In this document: in pieces, positions 37,439-51,846 of the stretch
Layout: each line of letters begins with the position of its first letter
How positions within the stretch are numbered: position 1 is the stretch's first letter
Source: Azolla caroliniana
Taxonomy: Eukaryota > Plantae > Polypodiophyta
NCBI GenBank assembly: GCA_043228905.1
Contig: JBHGNT010000004.1
Location: 13,206,001-13,270,000, forward strand
Reading direction: 5' to 3'
Length of the DNA: 64,000 bases
Notes under the pieces: model-generated
What the model was told of the DNA's origin: nothing
The model's input: only the letters and a program-made list of their open reading frames with translations
Databases searched by the model: none
Program-made: the position numbers and the translations under genes

Positions 37439-38999
37439 TGTAAAAGAATTGTGTGTAGAAGCTTACGAATAAAGACAAAGTCGACTCAGCTGGACAACAA
37501 CAAACAATTAGGTATACACAGAGCACTTTTTATACAAGCCCTCTGACAGGGCTGCCATGAAGTACTGACAAGTACGTCAATGCTCTAAAAAGACCACCAA
37601 ACACTAACTCCCAAAAGTATTCCTATTACTATGAATAGGAATATCAAGTCCTAACTACTTGTCGGCTTCCGTCGATCTAGCCAGCCGGATCAGACAAGCC
37701 TCTCTCTCAACACTCCCCCTCAACCTGAACTTGAGGTTGATTCCCTATGTCAGCTTCAGCTGATTCCAGCTCCGGCTTCTCATAGCATCTCCATACCTTG
37801 CTCACGATCCTCGTCCGGTCCGATTTCGTGAACCTCGACCCCTGCGTTCAGCATGTCTGCTTTGCAGACCCTTATTAGCTCCCTTGTTGTCACGACAATG
37901 GCAACCCTTGACCCGTTGGCTCCTCTTATTGGTGTCGTCTTCACCTGCCTCCTTTTCCGCTCCACGCTTCTTGACTCTGCCACCCCCGTGTTCGGTTGAC
38001 TCGCGCTTCGGAGAACGACCATTCCCCTTACATCTGGCTAGTCTATACTTGGTCGATCTTCTTCCACTTGTTCTCTTGTCTGATCTATCCTCGACTTCTT
38101 CAGCTGGTTTGGACATTCCAGCTTCTTCAGTCGTCCTGAAATCGAATTCCACATCCGATTAAGCTTTTCGAACATCATCTCTCTCTTGTTCGCCTTTGCT
38201 TTCACTACTTCTCCTCCTGAAGTTCGGCATGTCGAGGTGCTGAAGGCTAAGCATACTCGAGAAATGCCGCAACATGTCTAGGCCGAGATGTTTGGTGAAT
38301 ATATCGGCAACTTGTCGATCCATCAGAATATATACAAGTTCGACTTCACTAGAGAGGACCCACTCGTGTACAAAGTGATAAGCACCTCAATGTGCTTCGT
38401 GTGAGCGTGGAAGAAGAGGTTTTTCGCTAGTTGGATGCTGCTGAGGTTGTCGCACTATATCATTGTTGGCTCAGATACCTCCATCTATAAATCATTCAAG
38501 AGCCATTTGAGCCATATGGCTTTGATAGTTGGCATTTTCGACCCAATCGGCATTTCGGTAGCATTGGCCCGATACGACACCACCCTATCTTTAGTGTTGT
38601 TGACATATCACAATATCCTCTACGCACATTGAAGGGACATGAACTGACTAATCACTCCAACCAGATAGCTGAGGTCCGACAGAGTGATGGTCAAGTATAT
38701 TAGGCTTCCGACTATCTATCAGAACCGTATCAGGTCGCACACTGTTCCCCAACCCTAGCGAAGCTTTACGTTTCTACGTAGAGGAGTTGAGAAGGATTTG
38801 CATTCCGTCATTCCGAACTTGAAGAGCATACTCAACACATAATGCCTTTAGCTGATCAGTATGTCTTCTAGGGTGCGGATCACTTCGATCCCGAGGAAGT
38901 AATGAAGGTCGCCCAGATCCTTCATTTCGAATGATGCAGCAAGCTGGACTTTAGGTGGCTGATTTCTTCCAAGTCAATGCCGGAGATGACCAAGCCATC
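37439..38999 (-). mobile_element. 3' part of copia element H (LTR 37439-37712, PPT, extension, RNase H, RT end)
   Basis: CTCCCCCTCAA PPT next to the LTR; homology to C; begins about 310 bp after the PPR stop codon. Confidence 0.85.
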
Positions 39000-39287
39000 C
39001 TCTCCCAAGGGGGTTCGAACGTGAGGGGAGAGAGGAGAGAGAGACACAGAGAATGAGAGGGAAAATCGAGACAGACATGAGTTGAGGGTAACTTCACTAT
39101 ATTTCTCTTCCTTCATGTCCCATGGGTGGGTTTTAAATAATACAAGATCTTATGAAGACATTATAAAAAGCCAAATGGGGGTAGTTACACCTACCCACCT
39201 CACACTCACACATTAACATTTCATATTACACATTACACACCTTGCACATTCCACTGTTAACTCTCCTATACACCTATACGGGTAACA
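39000..39287 (+). repeat. LTR fragment of an element-A-related family
   Basis: CTCCCAAGGGGGTTC motif and GGTAACA end as in the A LTRs; near-identical to 46583-46693. Confidence 0.8.
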
Positions 39288-40211
39288 CTTACTAGCCCAT
39301 TCGGACCTTGCCAAACCCAAGCCCTTGCACGTCGAACCCACAAGCCCATGCCAAAAACTCATTGACCGAAACTCCATCACTCATCTCTTCTCTCATCGGT
39401 CGGAAATCCCTCGACCGGATCACAACTCTATGATCTATAACTTCGATCGAAGTTTACTTGACACAAACCTTCTCGTTTGGTCAACACATCTCACGATTGG
39501 ATCATTACACCAATCGGCTCGTCCATTGTGGTGAAGTCATTTAGGTTTAACATATATATATATATATATATATATGTACATATATATATTTCTTCATTGG
39601 TCTGAGTGATGATGAGTTTTTGTACATTGAGTTTCCGGAATTCTATGTCGTACTCAACTTTTAAAATTTTTATTGATTGCCCTTGTGAAATCTAGGCATA
39701 TGCCCTCTTGTTTTTGAAATTCTAATGGGGCGCCATTCAGCTTTTGAAATTTTGATGAGTTGCCCTCAAGTTTTTAAAATTCTCCATGTGCCCTTTGGTT
39801 TTTGAAATTTTGTCACTTGCCCTTCTCTTTTTAGTTTTCCTTTTGTTCTACTTGATTTCTTCTTTCTTTGTCCTTTTGTATTGTCTCTTTCTTCTTTTTC
39901 ACTTCCTTCTTTTTCTTCTATCTCTTATATTGCTTCTATTAAGAGAGAAGCGACTTTTTCACCTTCTTCTTATGCTCCGTTTGCTTTTGTTCCTATTCTG
40001 TGTCTTCGGCTGCAGGGGAGGAGGAGGAGAAAGAAGCTTCCATTCTGTGTCTCTGACTGTGTATGTCTTTCCTCCTTCGTGAATATTGATCCATCTTCTC
40101 TTCTTGGTTGTCTTTCTTCTTTCTTCTCTTTCTCTTCTTCTCTTTCTTCCTCATTCTCCTTTCGTTTCTTCTTCCTTTCTTCTTTCTTTCTCTTCGATTT
40201 CTTAAGGATCT

Positions 40212-40316
40212 TGTGAATGTGAATGTGTGGAATCATTCGACAAACCGGCTTAGCTGGATAGCAACAGAAGATGAGAAGAAAGGTTAACACACATAGAGAG
40301 TACGCGTACAGAGGGG

Positions 40317-40364
<48 letters not shown>

Positions 40365-43300
40365 CAAACTATATTCAAAAAATACTCTAAAGACTCTCTC
40401 TCTATACAATGTGCTAGACAACACTATTTATACAAGTCCTTAAAGGACTGACAAAAGTACAATGTACTTCAATGCTCCTACAAGCAACTGACACTAACAC
40501 CCAAAAATACGCCTACGTACTAGGCTTGATCCGTAGGCCTCTAACGGCCTACCAGTTTCAATATGATCTGGCTCTCTGATCCAGCTCCTAGTTTTGGATA
40601 TCACCCGGACACCGATCCGGTTCTTTGTTCTGGATACCGATCCGGCTTTGGCTTATTCAGCTGATCTGGATCCGGTTGAGCTTGCTCGCTGAACACCCCC
40701 TCAAGCTCAACTTGAGGTCAGATCGTGGTGTCAGTTTCTTCTGTCCGACTCCTTCTGGCGTCCTCCCGCCTTGCTCACGCTCCTTGCCCGGTCCGGTTCC
40801 GTTTCCTACGACCCGTCCGATTCCACGCACCTTGACCTTCTCGGTCGGTTTGTCTGCTCAACAAATCCCATTTCATCTCCCTCGCTGCAACGACTCCAAC
40901 GCTTGTCAACCCGTCAGCTCCTCCGTGATGGCGTTGCCTTCTCGTCTGCTTGGCCTTTAGTTGATCCGGCTCCTCCAAATCTTGAACAGAATCGGCTTCC
41001 TCTGATTCGTTCCAGCTCTTGTTCGAGTTGGTAGTCTCCAACTCGTCTTCCGTTTTTAGGCCCGTCACCACATCAGACCACATCCGAGTCTTGGCCTTCT
41101 TTCAGTCGGCTCTGTCCTTCTTGACTTTGACGCCGCTGCCGTTTGCTCCGACTTGTTTGGATGTGCCGACTTCTTCGGTCGGCTTGGATTCCTCTATCTG
41201 GTCATCTCCCCGCTTGGTTCTTTATTCCTCTCCCGCTCCTTGTCCGGTGCCTTTCGTTCCCATTCCTTTTCTCCCCCTCAACTGCGGCACGTCGAGATGC
41301 TGAACACCAAGCATGTCGGTGAAGTGCTGCAACTTGTCCGATCCGAGCGGTTTGGTGAAGATATCGGCAATTTGGCGATCTGTCTAAACATATCGAAGCT
41401 CAACTTCATCGCCTAGGACCTACTCATGCATGAAGTGATAATGCAGTTCTATGTGTTTTGTCTGAGCATGGAATATAGGGTTCTTGGTGAGTTGAATGTT
41501 GCTCATGTTGTCACAGTAGATCAGGATCGGGGTGAGTACCTCGATCCGGAGGTCACGCAGGAGTCGCCGAAGCCAAATGGCTTCACAGGTGGCATTGGTA
41601 GCGCCCCAGTACTTAGCCTCAGTGCTCGATAGAGCCATTATTGGCTGCTTTTTGCTACTCCACGCAACAACCGCGCTACCTAGCGAAAACATGTAACCGG
41701 AGGTGGATCGATGATCTGATGCATCACTAGCCTAGTCGGCAGCGGTGTATCCGACTAGCTCTACCATTATATTGTGTCGGTATAACAGTCCCTGGTCCTT
41801 CGTGCCGCTATACTCCGGTGCGTGCACTCAAGGTGCTCGATGATCGGCGTCCGCATGAACTGCCTGATCACCCCGACTAGATAACTGATCATCAACTATA
41901 TAAGGCTTCCGACAAATTCTCGGAACTGTGTCTCATTGCAGGCCGGTCCGGAGTCGGGACGTAGCTTCAGGTCCTAGTCTAAGGGTTTGGAGATTGGTCG
42001 GCATTCTGTCATGCCGAACTTGTACAACATATTCAACACATAATAGCGTTGTGAGAGCAATATGCCATCAGGGGTCCGGATAACCTTGATCCCAAGAAAA
42101 TAATGAAGGTCCCCCAGGTCCTTCATTTCAAATGTGTCCAACAACTGGGACTTCACTTGGCTAATTTCATCGAGTCCGGGTCCGGGTCCGGTGATGACTA
42201 AATCATCTACATACAGCAAGATGCACACCGGACCGTTCCGGATGAACAATGAAGAGTCGGACTTTGAGGCCGCAAATCCCATCTTACGCAACCGATGCAT
42301 GATCTTCGCATTCCAAGCTCGAGAGGCTTGCTTCAGACCGTAAAGTGACTTCTTGAGTCGGCATACGACCAACTTGTTCATCTCCGATTGGAATCTGGGG
42401 GTTGGATCATATAGACCCATTCTTCAAGATCACCTTGAAGAAACACATTCGTCACATCCATTCGGTGAAGATGTTATCCCCTTGCCGCAACAACAACTAG
42501 TACCACACGAACCGTCGTCATCTTTGCTACCGCAACGAAGGTCTCATCATAGTCGATTCGATGGGTCTATGCGTATCCCTTTGCCACTAACCAGCCTTTG
42601 TACCGGTTGACCGAACTGTCAGCATTGTACTTTACCTTATATACCCATTTGCAGCCGATCAGTTTAGACTGTCGGGGAGGGGCAACCAGATCCCATGTGT
42701 CGTTGGCATCATGTGCCCGCATTTCTTCCTCCATAGCAGCACGCCAATTTGAGTCTTTTGCTGCTTCTGCGTAGCTCTCCGGCTCACGCATTTCCGCCAC
42801 CATAGTCATGTACGCATAGTGATACGCTATGTACTCATTATACCCGTACCTCTTGACAAGTTTCTTCTAGCGGGTTGACCAACGTAACTTGTCATTACTC
42901 GGTTTGAGGCCCTTCTTGGCAGGTTCAGACTTCCTTTCTGAAGATCTGCCTTCTTCCTTTCCAGGGTCAGATTTGTTCCGATCTGACCCTTCATTGCCGG
43001 TATCATATTCCGCCATCTTCTTCTTCCCCTTCTCTTTTCGCATGAACCGTCTCCTCAGTTCCTTGCGCGGGGAGAGCACGACAGAGTCTCCACTACTCAC
43101 CAGTTTTTCATCCGACTGGTCATCTCGACCCAGCCACTCATTCGGCCCACTTAGGCAGAATGAGATCAAACTCTTATCTAGAGTACCGAAGTCTTCATCT
43201 TCTACTTGGACCTCCTCGGGCTCACTAGCCTTATCTTCCGGAATCGGGTCGGAATTGGAGGTTGGAGTCGGTAGAGAGTACCATGATGCCGACTCATCAA

Positions 43301-45503
43301 ACTCGACATCTCGGCTTACTTGGACCTGCTTAGTGTGGGGGTTATAACACTCATACCCCTTTTGCTCATGCGAGTAATTGACTAGGATACACTTCTCCAA
43401 CTTTGGATCCAATTTCTTCCGCTTCTCATCCGGTACATGCACATATGCTATGCTACCGAATATCTGGACGTGCCTCAAATTCTTTGGATCCAATTTCTTC
43501 CGCTTCTCATCCGGTACATGCACATATGCTATGCTACCGAATATCTGGACGTGCCTCTAATTCGGCTTGCGCTCGAAATGCAGCTCATGTGCAGACACCT
43601 TATCTCCGATCCGGTTTTGGATGGAGAAGGCTGTTTGGATAACCTCAACCCAGTAGAATTGGGGATGCTTTTCTTCTCTATGAGGTAGATCCACGTGTGC
43701 CGGCTGTAGTCGTCAATGAAGGAGACGAAATACTGACTCCAGCCAAGGCTAATGTTTTGTGCCGGTCCCCATACATTCGAATGGATTAAGTCGAGCTTGT
43801 TACGGCTTCGGTTTCATTCTATGGGGAATGGAAGCTGGTGTTGCTTCCCGAGGTGGGAGGCTTCACAAATTTGGGCCTTCCGGCCACTAAATTTCGGCAA
43901 ACCAAACATAACCTGTTTCGATTGCAGGTCCTAAAGCCTTTAGTAATTGCTATGGCCGATCCGCTTATGCCAGCAATCGATGTCCGATTCAATCTTGTGT
44001 CCTTTGGCAAACATGGTAGTGCCAACGTCATTTGTGTTGAGGATGAACATCCTCCCTTCTCTACGCCCTTTTGCGATAATCCAACCTTCTTCCTCGATGG
44101 AGCACTCGAGGTGCGTAAACCGCACCCGCATTCCCCGGTCGACGATTTGTCCGACTGACACCAGGTTCTTTGTGATAGTCAGAATGTGTAGTATGTTCAT
44201 GAGCTTCACCTTTTGTCTGACATGGCTTAAAGGGACTTCTTTGATATGCACAATCAGGTGAGGGGTGTCGTCTCCGGTTGTTCCGGTTTCTCCAAAAAAG
44301 AGAACCACTCTTCATGGCTTGTCATGTGGTTGGATGCTCCAGAATCAACATACCACACTTCCTCCAGTTTGGAAGTAGTCTTCTTCATCGAGTTGGCCGT
44401 GTGCTTCATCACAAAGGCTGACCCCTTTCCGGTCTTCCCGGTTGTGGATCCTTCCGATCCTTCTGCATAGTGCGAGCTTTGCCGGTTCCTTGTCCGATAT
44501 TGCTGGATCCAGATTTATCCTAATCCACGCAGTTCTTCCTGCACTCGCTTTCTTGGTGGCCTTTCTTGCCACAATACCAACATTCCGTGTCGGCCTTCAA
44601 TTGTCGGTTTTCGGCTCCGACTTGACTCCCCCTACTTGTGGAGGGTCCGAAACTGCTGTTGGCACCGTCTCCGTGCCTTCGGTTCTGATCTTGCCCAGGG
44701 CTCCTTTGGCATTTTTGCATCTTTGATGTAGCTAAGCATCTGATCATGCACACCGGACGCGAGACAATACAATGCTCGGCTCGCTCCTTGCTCCCATGCC
44801 GGGAAGTCCTTGTGTGCCGGCTCCGGTGCTACCTCGTTTATTCCATCCACATAACTCCAATATCCATGTCCTAGCAGGTATTGGTGTATTTTATATGACC
44901 AAGATGCATAGTTGCTCCGGTCGAGCTTTTCTGTGGGAAGCGAGCTTGCCATACCTCTGTTCATTTCGGTTCTCTGTCTGTTGGTGACGGGTATTAGGGT
45001 TTGTCTACGAAGCGTCTTTCAGCTGTAGAGGTTCTCAACCCTCGCGCTCTAATATCATGTGAATATGAACGTGCGGAAGCATTCGACAAACCGGCTCAGC
45101 CAGATAGCAACAAAAGATGAGAAGAAAGGTTAACACACAGAGAGAGTACGCGTACACAGGGGAGACAGAACGTAAATTGTATTCAAAAAATACTCTAAAG
45201 TCTCTCTCTCTATACAATGTGTTAGACAACACTATTTCTACAAGTCCTTAAAGGACTAACAGAAGTAAAGTGTACTTCAATGCTCCTACGAGTGGCTAAC
45301 ACTAACTCCCAAAATTATGCCTAGGTACTAAGCTGGATCCGTAGGCCTCTAACAGCCTACCGGTTTCAATCCGATCTGGCTCTCCCATCCGACTCCTGGT
45401 TCTAGATATCACCCGGACATCGATTCGGTTCTTCGTTCGGGATACCGATCCGGCTCTGGCTTATTCAGCCGATCCGGATCCAGTTGAGCTTGCTCGGTTA
45501 ACA
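40212..45503 (-). mobile_element. Ty1/copia element I, with internal deletions
   Basis: TSD GATCT (40207-40211, 45504-45508); LTRs 40212-40695 and 45058-45503; mutated PBS 45046-45057; deletions in gag (about 44690) and the integrase core (about 43680). Confidence 0.95.
43402..43563 (-). repeat. 81-bp in-frame tandem duplication in the integrase C-terminal region of I
   Basis: TTTGGATCCAATTTCTTCCG at 43402 and 43483; the duplicated peptide HVPDEKRKKLDPK appears in ORF 42867-43523. Confidence 0.93.
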
Positions 45504-46458
45504 GATCTTCTACCTCCTGTTGGAGCTCTAGCTCTTGCTCTGATGGTGTGTATGGCGTGATTTGCTGATAAATTGAGGAAAAGACCTGATACTACCATGG
45601 CATGAGAGTCTTGTAGGGTAGAGATGGTCACTCTTTATGCCTCTTTCTCTCTTTCTTCTGTCTTCTTTCTTGTTCCATTTCATTTTCTTCTGTTGCCGTC
45701 TGATTCTTCTTTTCTTCTTCTTACTCCGTTGGTGCTAGTTGTCGGCCGGTTGTCCCTCGGTACTCACTCGACCATCTTGCGGCCTTCTCTCAGCCATCAC
45801 TCGGCTGACTCTCCCCGACCATCTCTTGGTCGTCACTCGGCTACCACTCGGCCCCATCGCGGCTCAGCCATCACCCTCGGCTCTTGGCCTTAACTTTCAG
45901 CTGTCTATCGGTAGATTCTTGGATTACGTTTCTGTTTTGTTCCCTTTCTCTGTTGGTTCCTCATACATTTTCGTGAGTTGGAAAATATCACAATACTTCC
46001 TTTTCACGACTTCCATGTTTCCATTGCGATTCACTCCCATGACTATGTTTAACTGCTTTGCTTTTTGAAAGCCTCCATTTTTAACTTGGAGATCCATAGT
46101 ACGGAGAGAAGAAGGCTGAAGATGCACATACAAACATAGACAAACACATACAAACACATACAAACACAAACAAACACTTAGACGTAGAGAGGTTAAGACA
46201 TAGAGATGAACTCTTGGGTGGCTAGGGTTTTTGGCAGAAAGAGTGAGGAAAGGGGGAGGGGGTTAAAAAGCCCTATCCATTAGGCTTTGGATACATTAGG
46301 AATAGAAGCAGGAGAAATCACCATTGGCATCACATATTGGCTCTCACACAAAGAGTTCACACACCACTCTCTAACACAAAGACACATACACACATAGAGG
46401 GAGAGAGACAGATTAGTGATGGAGAGGGAGAACGAGGGAGGGAGGGAGAGTATATCCT

Positions 46459-46521
<63 letters not shown>

Positions 46522-46695
46522 CTCAAGGGAGGGTTGGCCGTTCGGGCATGCCAAGCGTTGATGGGTTCTTGGTTCCACCCCCCTCCCAAGGGGGTTCGAA
46601 CGTGAGGGGAGAGGGGGAGAGAGAGACATAGAGAATGAGAGAGGGAAAATCGAGACAGACACGAGTTGAGGGTAACTTCACTATATTTCTCTCCA

Positions 46696-49600
46696 TCCGA
46701 AGAGAAAGAGACAAGCTACGGAAGAATCAAATGCTTCAAGGGTAAATGTGAATACCATAATGAAAGACACGGAAGTGGAGGATGAGATTCCAAACTCTCA
46801 CAACACAAAGCCACACTAGGCTCGAGCAATTACAGAGACTCCCGTCCGAATTGGAAACATTAGAGAGCCTGTAGTTGCGTTGATTGATCATGGATCGGAG
46901 ATCAATTTGATGTCCAAGGAGTTCTACCAGAAGGGGAAGTGGCCTATACATACCAATCATGGATGGAAGATTCGGAAGGCTTATTTGTGGCTTGTCTGAA
47001 TGTGATAGTGAAGATCAGAGACGTGGAGATTGACCAAAATTTCTTTGTGCAAGATGAGATCGCACATTCCATAATACTCGAGCAACCCATTATCATGGCT
47101 TCACGGATGGAAACAAAGGTGCTCGATAGTGGAGTGGCTTTTGCACGGATTCGGAGCGAAAACGGAGGTAAAACTGTGCAATTCCTAATTGTGCCATCAA
47201 ATCACGAAAGGAACAAGAGATGGCACAAATCACGAAAGGAACAAGAGAGAGCTCTTGTCCCAAACAAAAATGGATTTTTAAAGCGCACTGTTGCAAAGTG
47301 GGGAAGTGATAGTCCGAGAAGCCCTAATAGCCCATACAGGAAGAAAACTCTCAGAGCGAAACAAGTGTGAATCAGTCCGAATGGGGCGTCTACGTACATG
47401 TCTGAGAAATGAAGAAAGAACCTCGGAAGATACAGGATGAGCAACGGTCTACATCAATCATAAAAGAAGACGAAGAAATCATGGGAGTAGTCGAAGAAGT
47501 GTTCTATGGAAACACGTTATAATGGCTTGAAGAGCTTGCGGAAGAGATTAGCCATGGAGACCCGGTAGTTTCGGTTGAATCAGTTGAGGTCTACAAGGTC
47601 ATTGGGGAAATGGGGCTAGATGTGCTCCGCAAAGAAGAAGCAATGGTATGTACGAAATACAAGACTGTAGAAAAGAAGGTGAAACCATCTACGGGACCGT
47701 TACCTGCCAATAGTGAACAAAAGAGGAAAGAAGTCTCATGAGATCCGACACTTCGAAAGTTCGTGGATATCGGACATACCTTCATGAATGAGACCTGGAA
47801 GACATTCCGAATCAGTGGAGATGGGTTCCTCTTACCGAAGGAAGAAGAAAGATTTTGTGAGATGTTGGAGCAACGTGGAAAAGCATGCGCATTCACAACA
47901 AGCGAGATAGGGTGCATTCATCCGAAGATAGTGGGGCCGATGATGGTCTTCACGATTGAACATGTGCATATTCAAAATCATTGACTTGCTCAAGGAGAAG
48001 GTGGCGATGGGGATTCTAGAGCCATCAAATGCTCTATACTCAAATCAATGGTTTACCGTTCTAAAGAAGAATGGGTCACTCCAGTTCAATCAAGATTTGC
48101 ATTTGGTGAACAAGGTCACGATGCAAAACTTCGGAGTCGGTTCGATAGTGGATGAAGTTGAGGAAGCGTTTGCCGGATGTGTGATATACTCTATCGAGGA
48201 CCTATACTCCGGTGGCGTAAATATTTTCGCCAACGGTGTGAAAATTGAAATGGAATGTACAAAATCGAGTGTGGTTCTTCACACACAACATAAAACAATA
48301 ATACTAAAGATACTATTTTATACTAGTTTAATATCTTGGTACAAAAAGATGGAGGTCTTCAAGAGCTTTCGAATACACTTTACCACATAAGAAACACACA
48401 ACTAAGTGGCAAGTTATGTGGGTATGGAGTTTGCGAAGAAGAAGAGAAAAAAACAAAACTATGAGATATCCCACATAGACAGGATAAATAAGGATCCCAG
48501 AGTATATAAGCAGGGCTAAAATCTATTACTTTGTGTCTTTGAGTGGATCATAGAATGTTCAAGGTGAGTTGAGCTAAACTAACTGGATGATTGGGTGTGG
48601 CCTAAGTACTTGTAAAGGTTTTGGCTAACTGGAACCGGACAGAGTCGGCGAAATGGAGACGACGATACCACTAAGCCAAGTCATATTTTTAAAAGCTTTA
48701 CTTTGATCATTTTATATGTAAATTCTCATACATGAGAGCTTGAATGAGTGACATGGTTATCATGTAAAACATGTAATACATGAGCCCCAAATGGCAAACA
48801 TGCATCTCATGCATGTCTTGTACCCTCACAGGTATCATGTGCATGGGGGCATCTATAAAAGAGTGGATGGAGAGGAAAAACGGGCTAGGTATTAATCAAG
48901 AAATTAAGAGGAAGAAAAATTCGTTATCCCATTTTTGATGTATTAAACTTGTCTCTCAATCTAAAGACAAGCGTTCTATCTTATCTCAATCTCTCTCTCT
49001 TTCAATCTATCTTAAATACTTTCTCACTAAAGCTAGTGCAAACTTCGAATCTTTCCGGTCCAGAACCCCGACAGTTCCACCTCACGATCCGCACGTAGTG
49101 ACGGATCTTCATGACACCAGATATGAGCAATTTCAACTAGCCATGGATAGCCGAAATATCACTACAATATGGACACCGATAGGATTAGTCGTGATGTGTA
49201 CGCTACCACAAGGAGTGACGAATTCGGTCGCACATATGATGAATGCAATGAACAAGATGCTTCGAGACTGCATTCCGGAGATAACAATGTCGTTGCTAGA
49301 TGACATTCCGATGAAAGGATGTGCGGTGGAAGAAAAGGATGAGAATATGGATGATCGGGGATGTCGAAACTTCGTAGTCAACCATATTCGCGATTGTGAG
49401 AAAGTGCTATAGAAGTTAGAAGATGTGCACTTAACACTCTCCGGAGAGAAATCGGCATTCAGACAAGAAGAGATACTAGTAGTTGGACATGTATATGGGC
49501 CCTATGGCCGAAGACCGTCACAAGTCAAGATAGATACGATTCAAGCCATGAAAGAAATATGCGAGTCACAATCCGAATTCCGTAGGTTTCTTGGTGCATG

Positions 49601-49738
49601 TGCATTTTATTACATATGGATTCCATAGTATGCACACATTGCGAACCCACTCTATCACTTGTTGCGGAAGGGTAAGAAGTTCAAATGGAGACTGAAACAT
49701 ACCAAAGCCATGGAAAAGCTCAAGAAAACACTATGGAG
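46696..49738 (+). pseudogene. Gypsy K copy 1: protease and RT remnant (fungal-type), interrupted by element X1
   Basis: ALIDHGSEINLM; ILEPSNALYSNQWFTVLKKNGSL; DLYSG|YEQFQLA; TLPQGVTNSVAHM; LLDDIPMKG. Confidence 0.85.
48213..49116 (+). mobile_element. Element X1 (904 bp), TG...CA ends, about 12-bp TIR, 4-bp TSD CCGG/CCAG
   Basis: Removing 48213-49120 restores RT DLYSGY. Termini TGGCGTAAATAT and ATCTTCATGACA. Confidence 0.88.
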
Positions 49739-49802
49739 GGAGGAAGCATTTAATAAAAGTGATATTTAAGAGGAAATCGAGGGGAGGATCAAGGACGGAA
49801 AG

Positions 49803-50755
49803 CGTTGTAAAGATTTTCGCCAACGGTGTGAAAATTGAAATGGAATGTACAAAATCGAGTGTGGTTCTTCACACACAACATAAAACAATAATACTGAAGA
49901 TACTATTTTATACTAGTTTAATATCTTGGTACAAAAAGATGGAGGTCTTCAAGAGCTTTCGAATAAAGTTTACCACATAAGAAACAGACAACTAAATGGC
50001 AAGTTATGTGGGTATGAAGTTTGCAAAGAAGAAGAGAAAAAAACAAAACTACGAGATTATCCCACATAGACAGGATAAATAAGGATCCCAGAGTATATAA
50101 GCAGGGCCAAAATCTATTACTTTGTGTCTTTGAGTGGATCATAGAATGTTCAAGGTGAGTTGAGCTAAACTAACCGAATGAATGGGTGTGGCCTAACTAT
50201 TTGTAAAGGTTCTAGCTCACCGGACAGGATCAGATCGGGATGGGTTGAACCAGTCGGGACATATGGGATTGGTCGGTTGATTGCCCAGTAGTATTTTGTG
50301 TTTTAAAACAAATGTGAGCAAGGCTTGAACCTTGCACCTCCAAGTTGAAAGTCAATAGGCTTACCATTAAGCCAAGTCATATTTTTAAAAGCTTTACTTT
50401 GATCATTTTACATTTAAATTCTCATCCATGAGTGCTTGAATGAGTGACATGGGTATCATGTAACACATGTAATACATGAGCGCCAAATGGTAAACATGCA
50501 TCTCATGCATGTCTTTCACCCTCATAGGCATCATGTGCATGGGGACATCTATAAAAGAGTGGATGGAGAGGAAAAACAGGCTAGGTATTAATCAAGAAAT
50601 TAAGAGGAAGCGTTCTACCTTATCTCAGTCTCTCTCTCTTTCAATCTATCTTAAATACTTTCTCGCTAAAGCTAGTGCAAACTTCGAATCCTTTCGGTCC
50701 AGAACCCCGACAGTTCTGCCTCATGATCCGCACGTAGTGACGGATCTTCACGACA
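49803..50755 (+). mobile_element. Element X2 (953 bp), paralog of X1
   Basis: Aligns end to end with X1; termini CGTTGTAAAGAT and ATCTTCACGACA; no clear TSD. Confidence 0.88.
50319..50374 (-). ncRNA. tRNA-like Pol III A-box/B-box cassette within X2
   Basis: Minus strand reads TGGCTTAATGG...(43 nt start to start)...CAAGGTTCAAGCCTTG with a paired T-arm, followed by TTTT. Confidence 0.55.
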
Positions 50756-51846
50756 ATGATGCGAGCGTGGAGAAGGCTGTCGACTGTGTCGTTGAGCTAG
50801 AGGGTCAATTTGATGGAAGGAACATTAGAAGTTCCTTGATGCATACAGAAGGGAGATGAATCAGAGGGACGTGTCTGAAGCGCGTCAAATCACAAGTTTC
50901 AAGAGAGTGGTCGCCAACAACATCGAAAGGCGCGTCATCGAGCTTCAAGAAGGGAAGACAACATGGTTGGAGTTTGAGAAAGAGATATTAGCGGAGTTCG
51001 TGATGGAAGATTTGTCGAGGATGACTCGACATGCCTTGATGAAGTGGATAGAAAAGAAGAATAAGAGGATGAGCGCTTGGAGGGAGTACGACGAGTTCGA
51101 CCAAATGTTTCGTCGTCTCCCTGCCATGGACCAAGTGCTGCTTGAGGAGGACAAGACTTTGTACTTCTTGAAAGCTGTGGACATGAAGGATAGACGAGAA
51201 TTGGGGACTCTTCTTGAAGATGATACCCAAGCAGACGGGCTTGTGGTTGACTGGATTGCGCTGAAGCGGGCGTGCAATAGGCTCGACAAGCGTCGTCAGT
51301 GGGTTGATGACACCGACTTGGCGGGATCGATTGTCGCGGAGCCACCCAAACAAAGCAGCCCAGAAGAAAAGAAGATTGATGACGACATCATCGAAGAGCT
51401 GGCGAAGATGTTCGAGATGGTCACGCTAGCCAATATGAATCGTCGGGGCCCTAAAGGAAAAGAATCCTTTAGATGTGTGTGGTGTGATAGCATGGACCAC
51501 ATGAGAAGGGATTGCGCGAGCCTTCGAGATGCCATTCGACAAAATATTGTATACATGGATGGCAACATGATCTGCTCGAGTGAGACTAGAAGACCCCTGC
51601 GAGTGAATTTTGGAAGAGGGGGAATGAAGAAAGCTATGGAGGATGCCGAGCCGACTCATGTGGATGTGATGCACTATGCTGCGTTGGCCAGAATAAGAAT
51701 CGGGAAAGACAAAACTGAAGCTGCAAAAGTCGGAGCAAAGTTCTGGTCTACCATTCTCGAGTATGAGAAGAAGGGAAAAGTCACTTCGAATGAGGTAGAG
51801 CTTGCGGACCGAAGTGTAGAAAGTATCACCGGATGGTCCGATCCGA

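Larger units (their letters stand above)
39317..46695 (+). mobile_element. Non-coding A-related element N (interior plus truncated LTR), interrupted by copia I
   Basis: 39320 resembles the post-PBS sequence of A (CCTTGCACGTCGA.CCCACA); CT-rich interior like 10100-10500; LTR motif at 46570-46695. Confidence 0.6.

Noticed and set aside
49084-49116. Terminal hairpin GATCCGCACGTAGTGACGGATC as a Helitron 3' end
   Set aside because: There is no CTRR end or A/T insertion site; the element has TIRs and a TSD.
50319-50374. Functional tRNA gene
   Set aside because: The acceptor and anticodon stems do not pair well, so it is recorded only as tRNA-like.
48213-50755. X1 and X2 as the paired LTRs of one TRIM
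   Set aside because: X1 has its own TSD and the RT frame is continuous across it; there is no PBS or PPT between the two.
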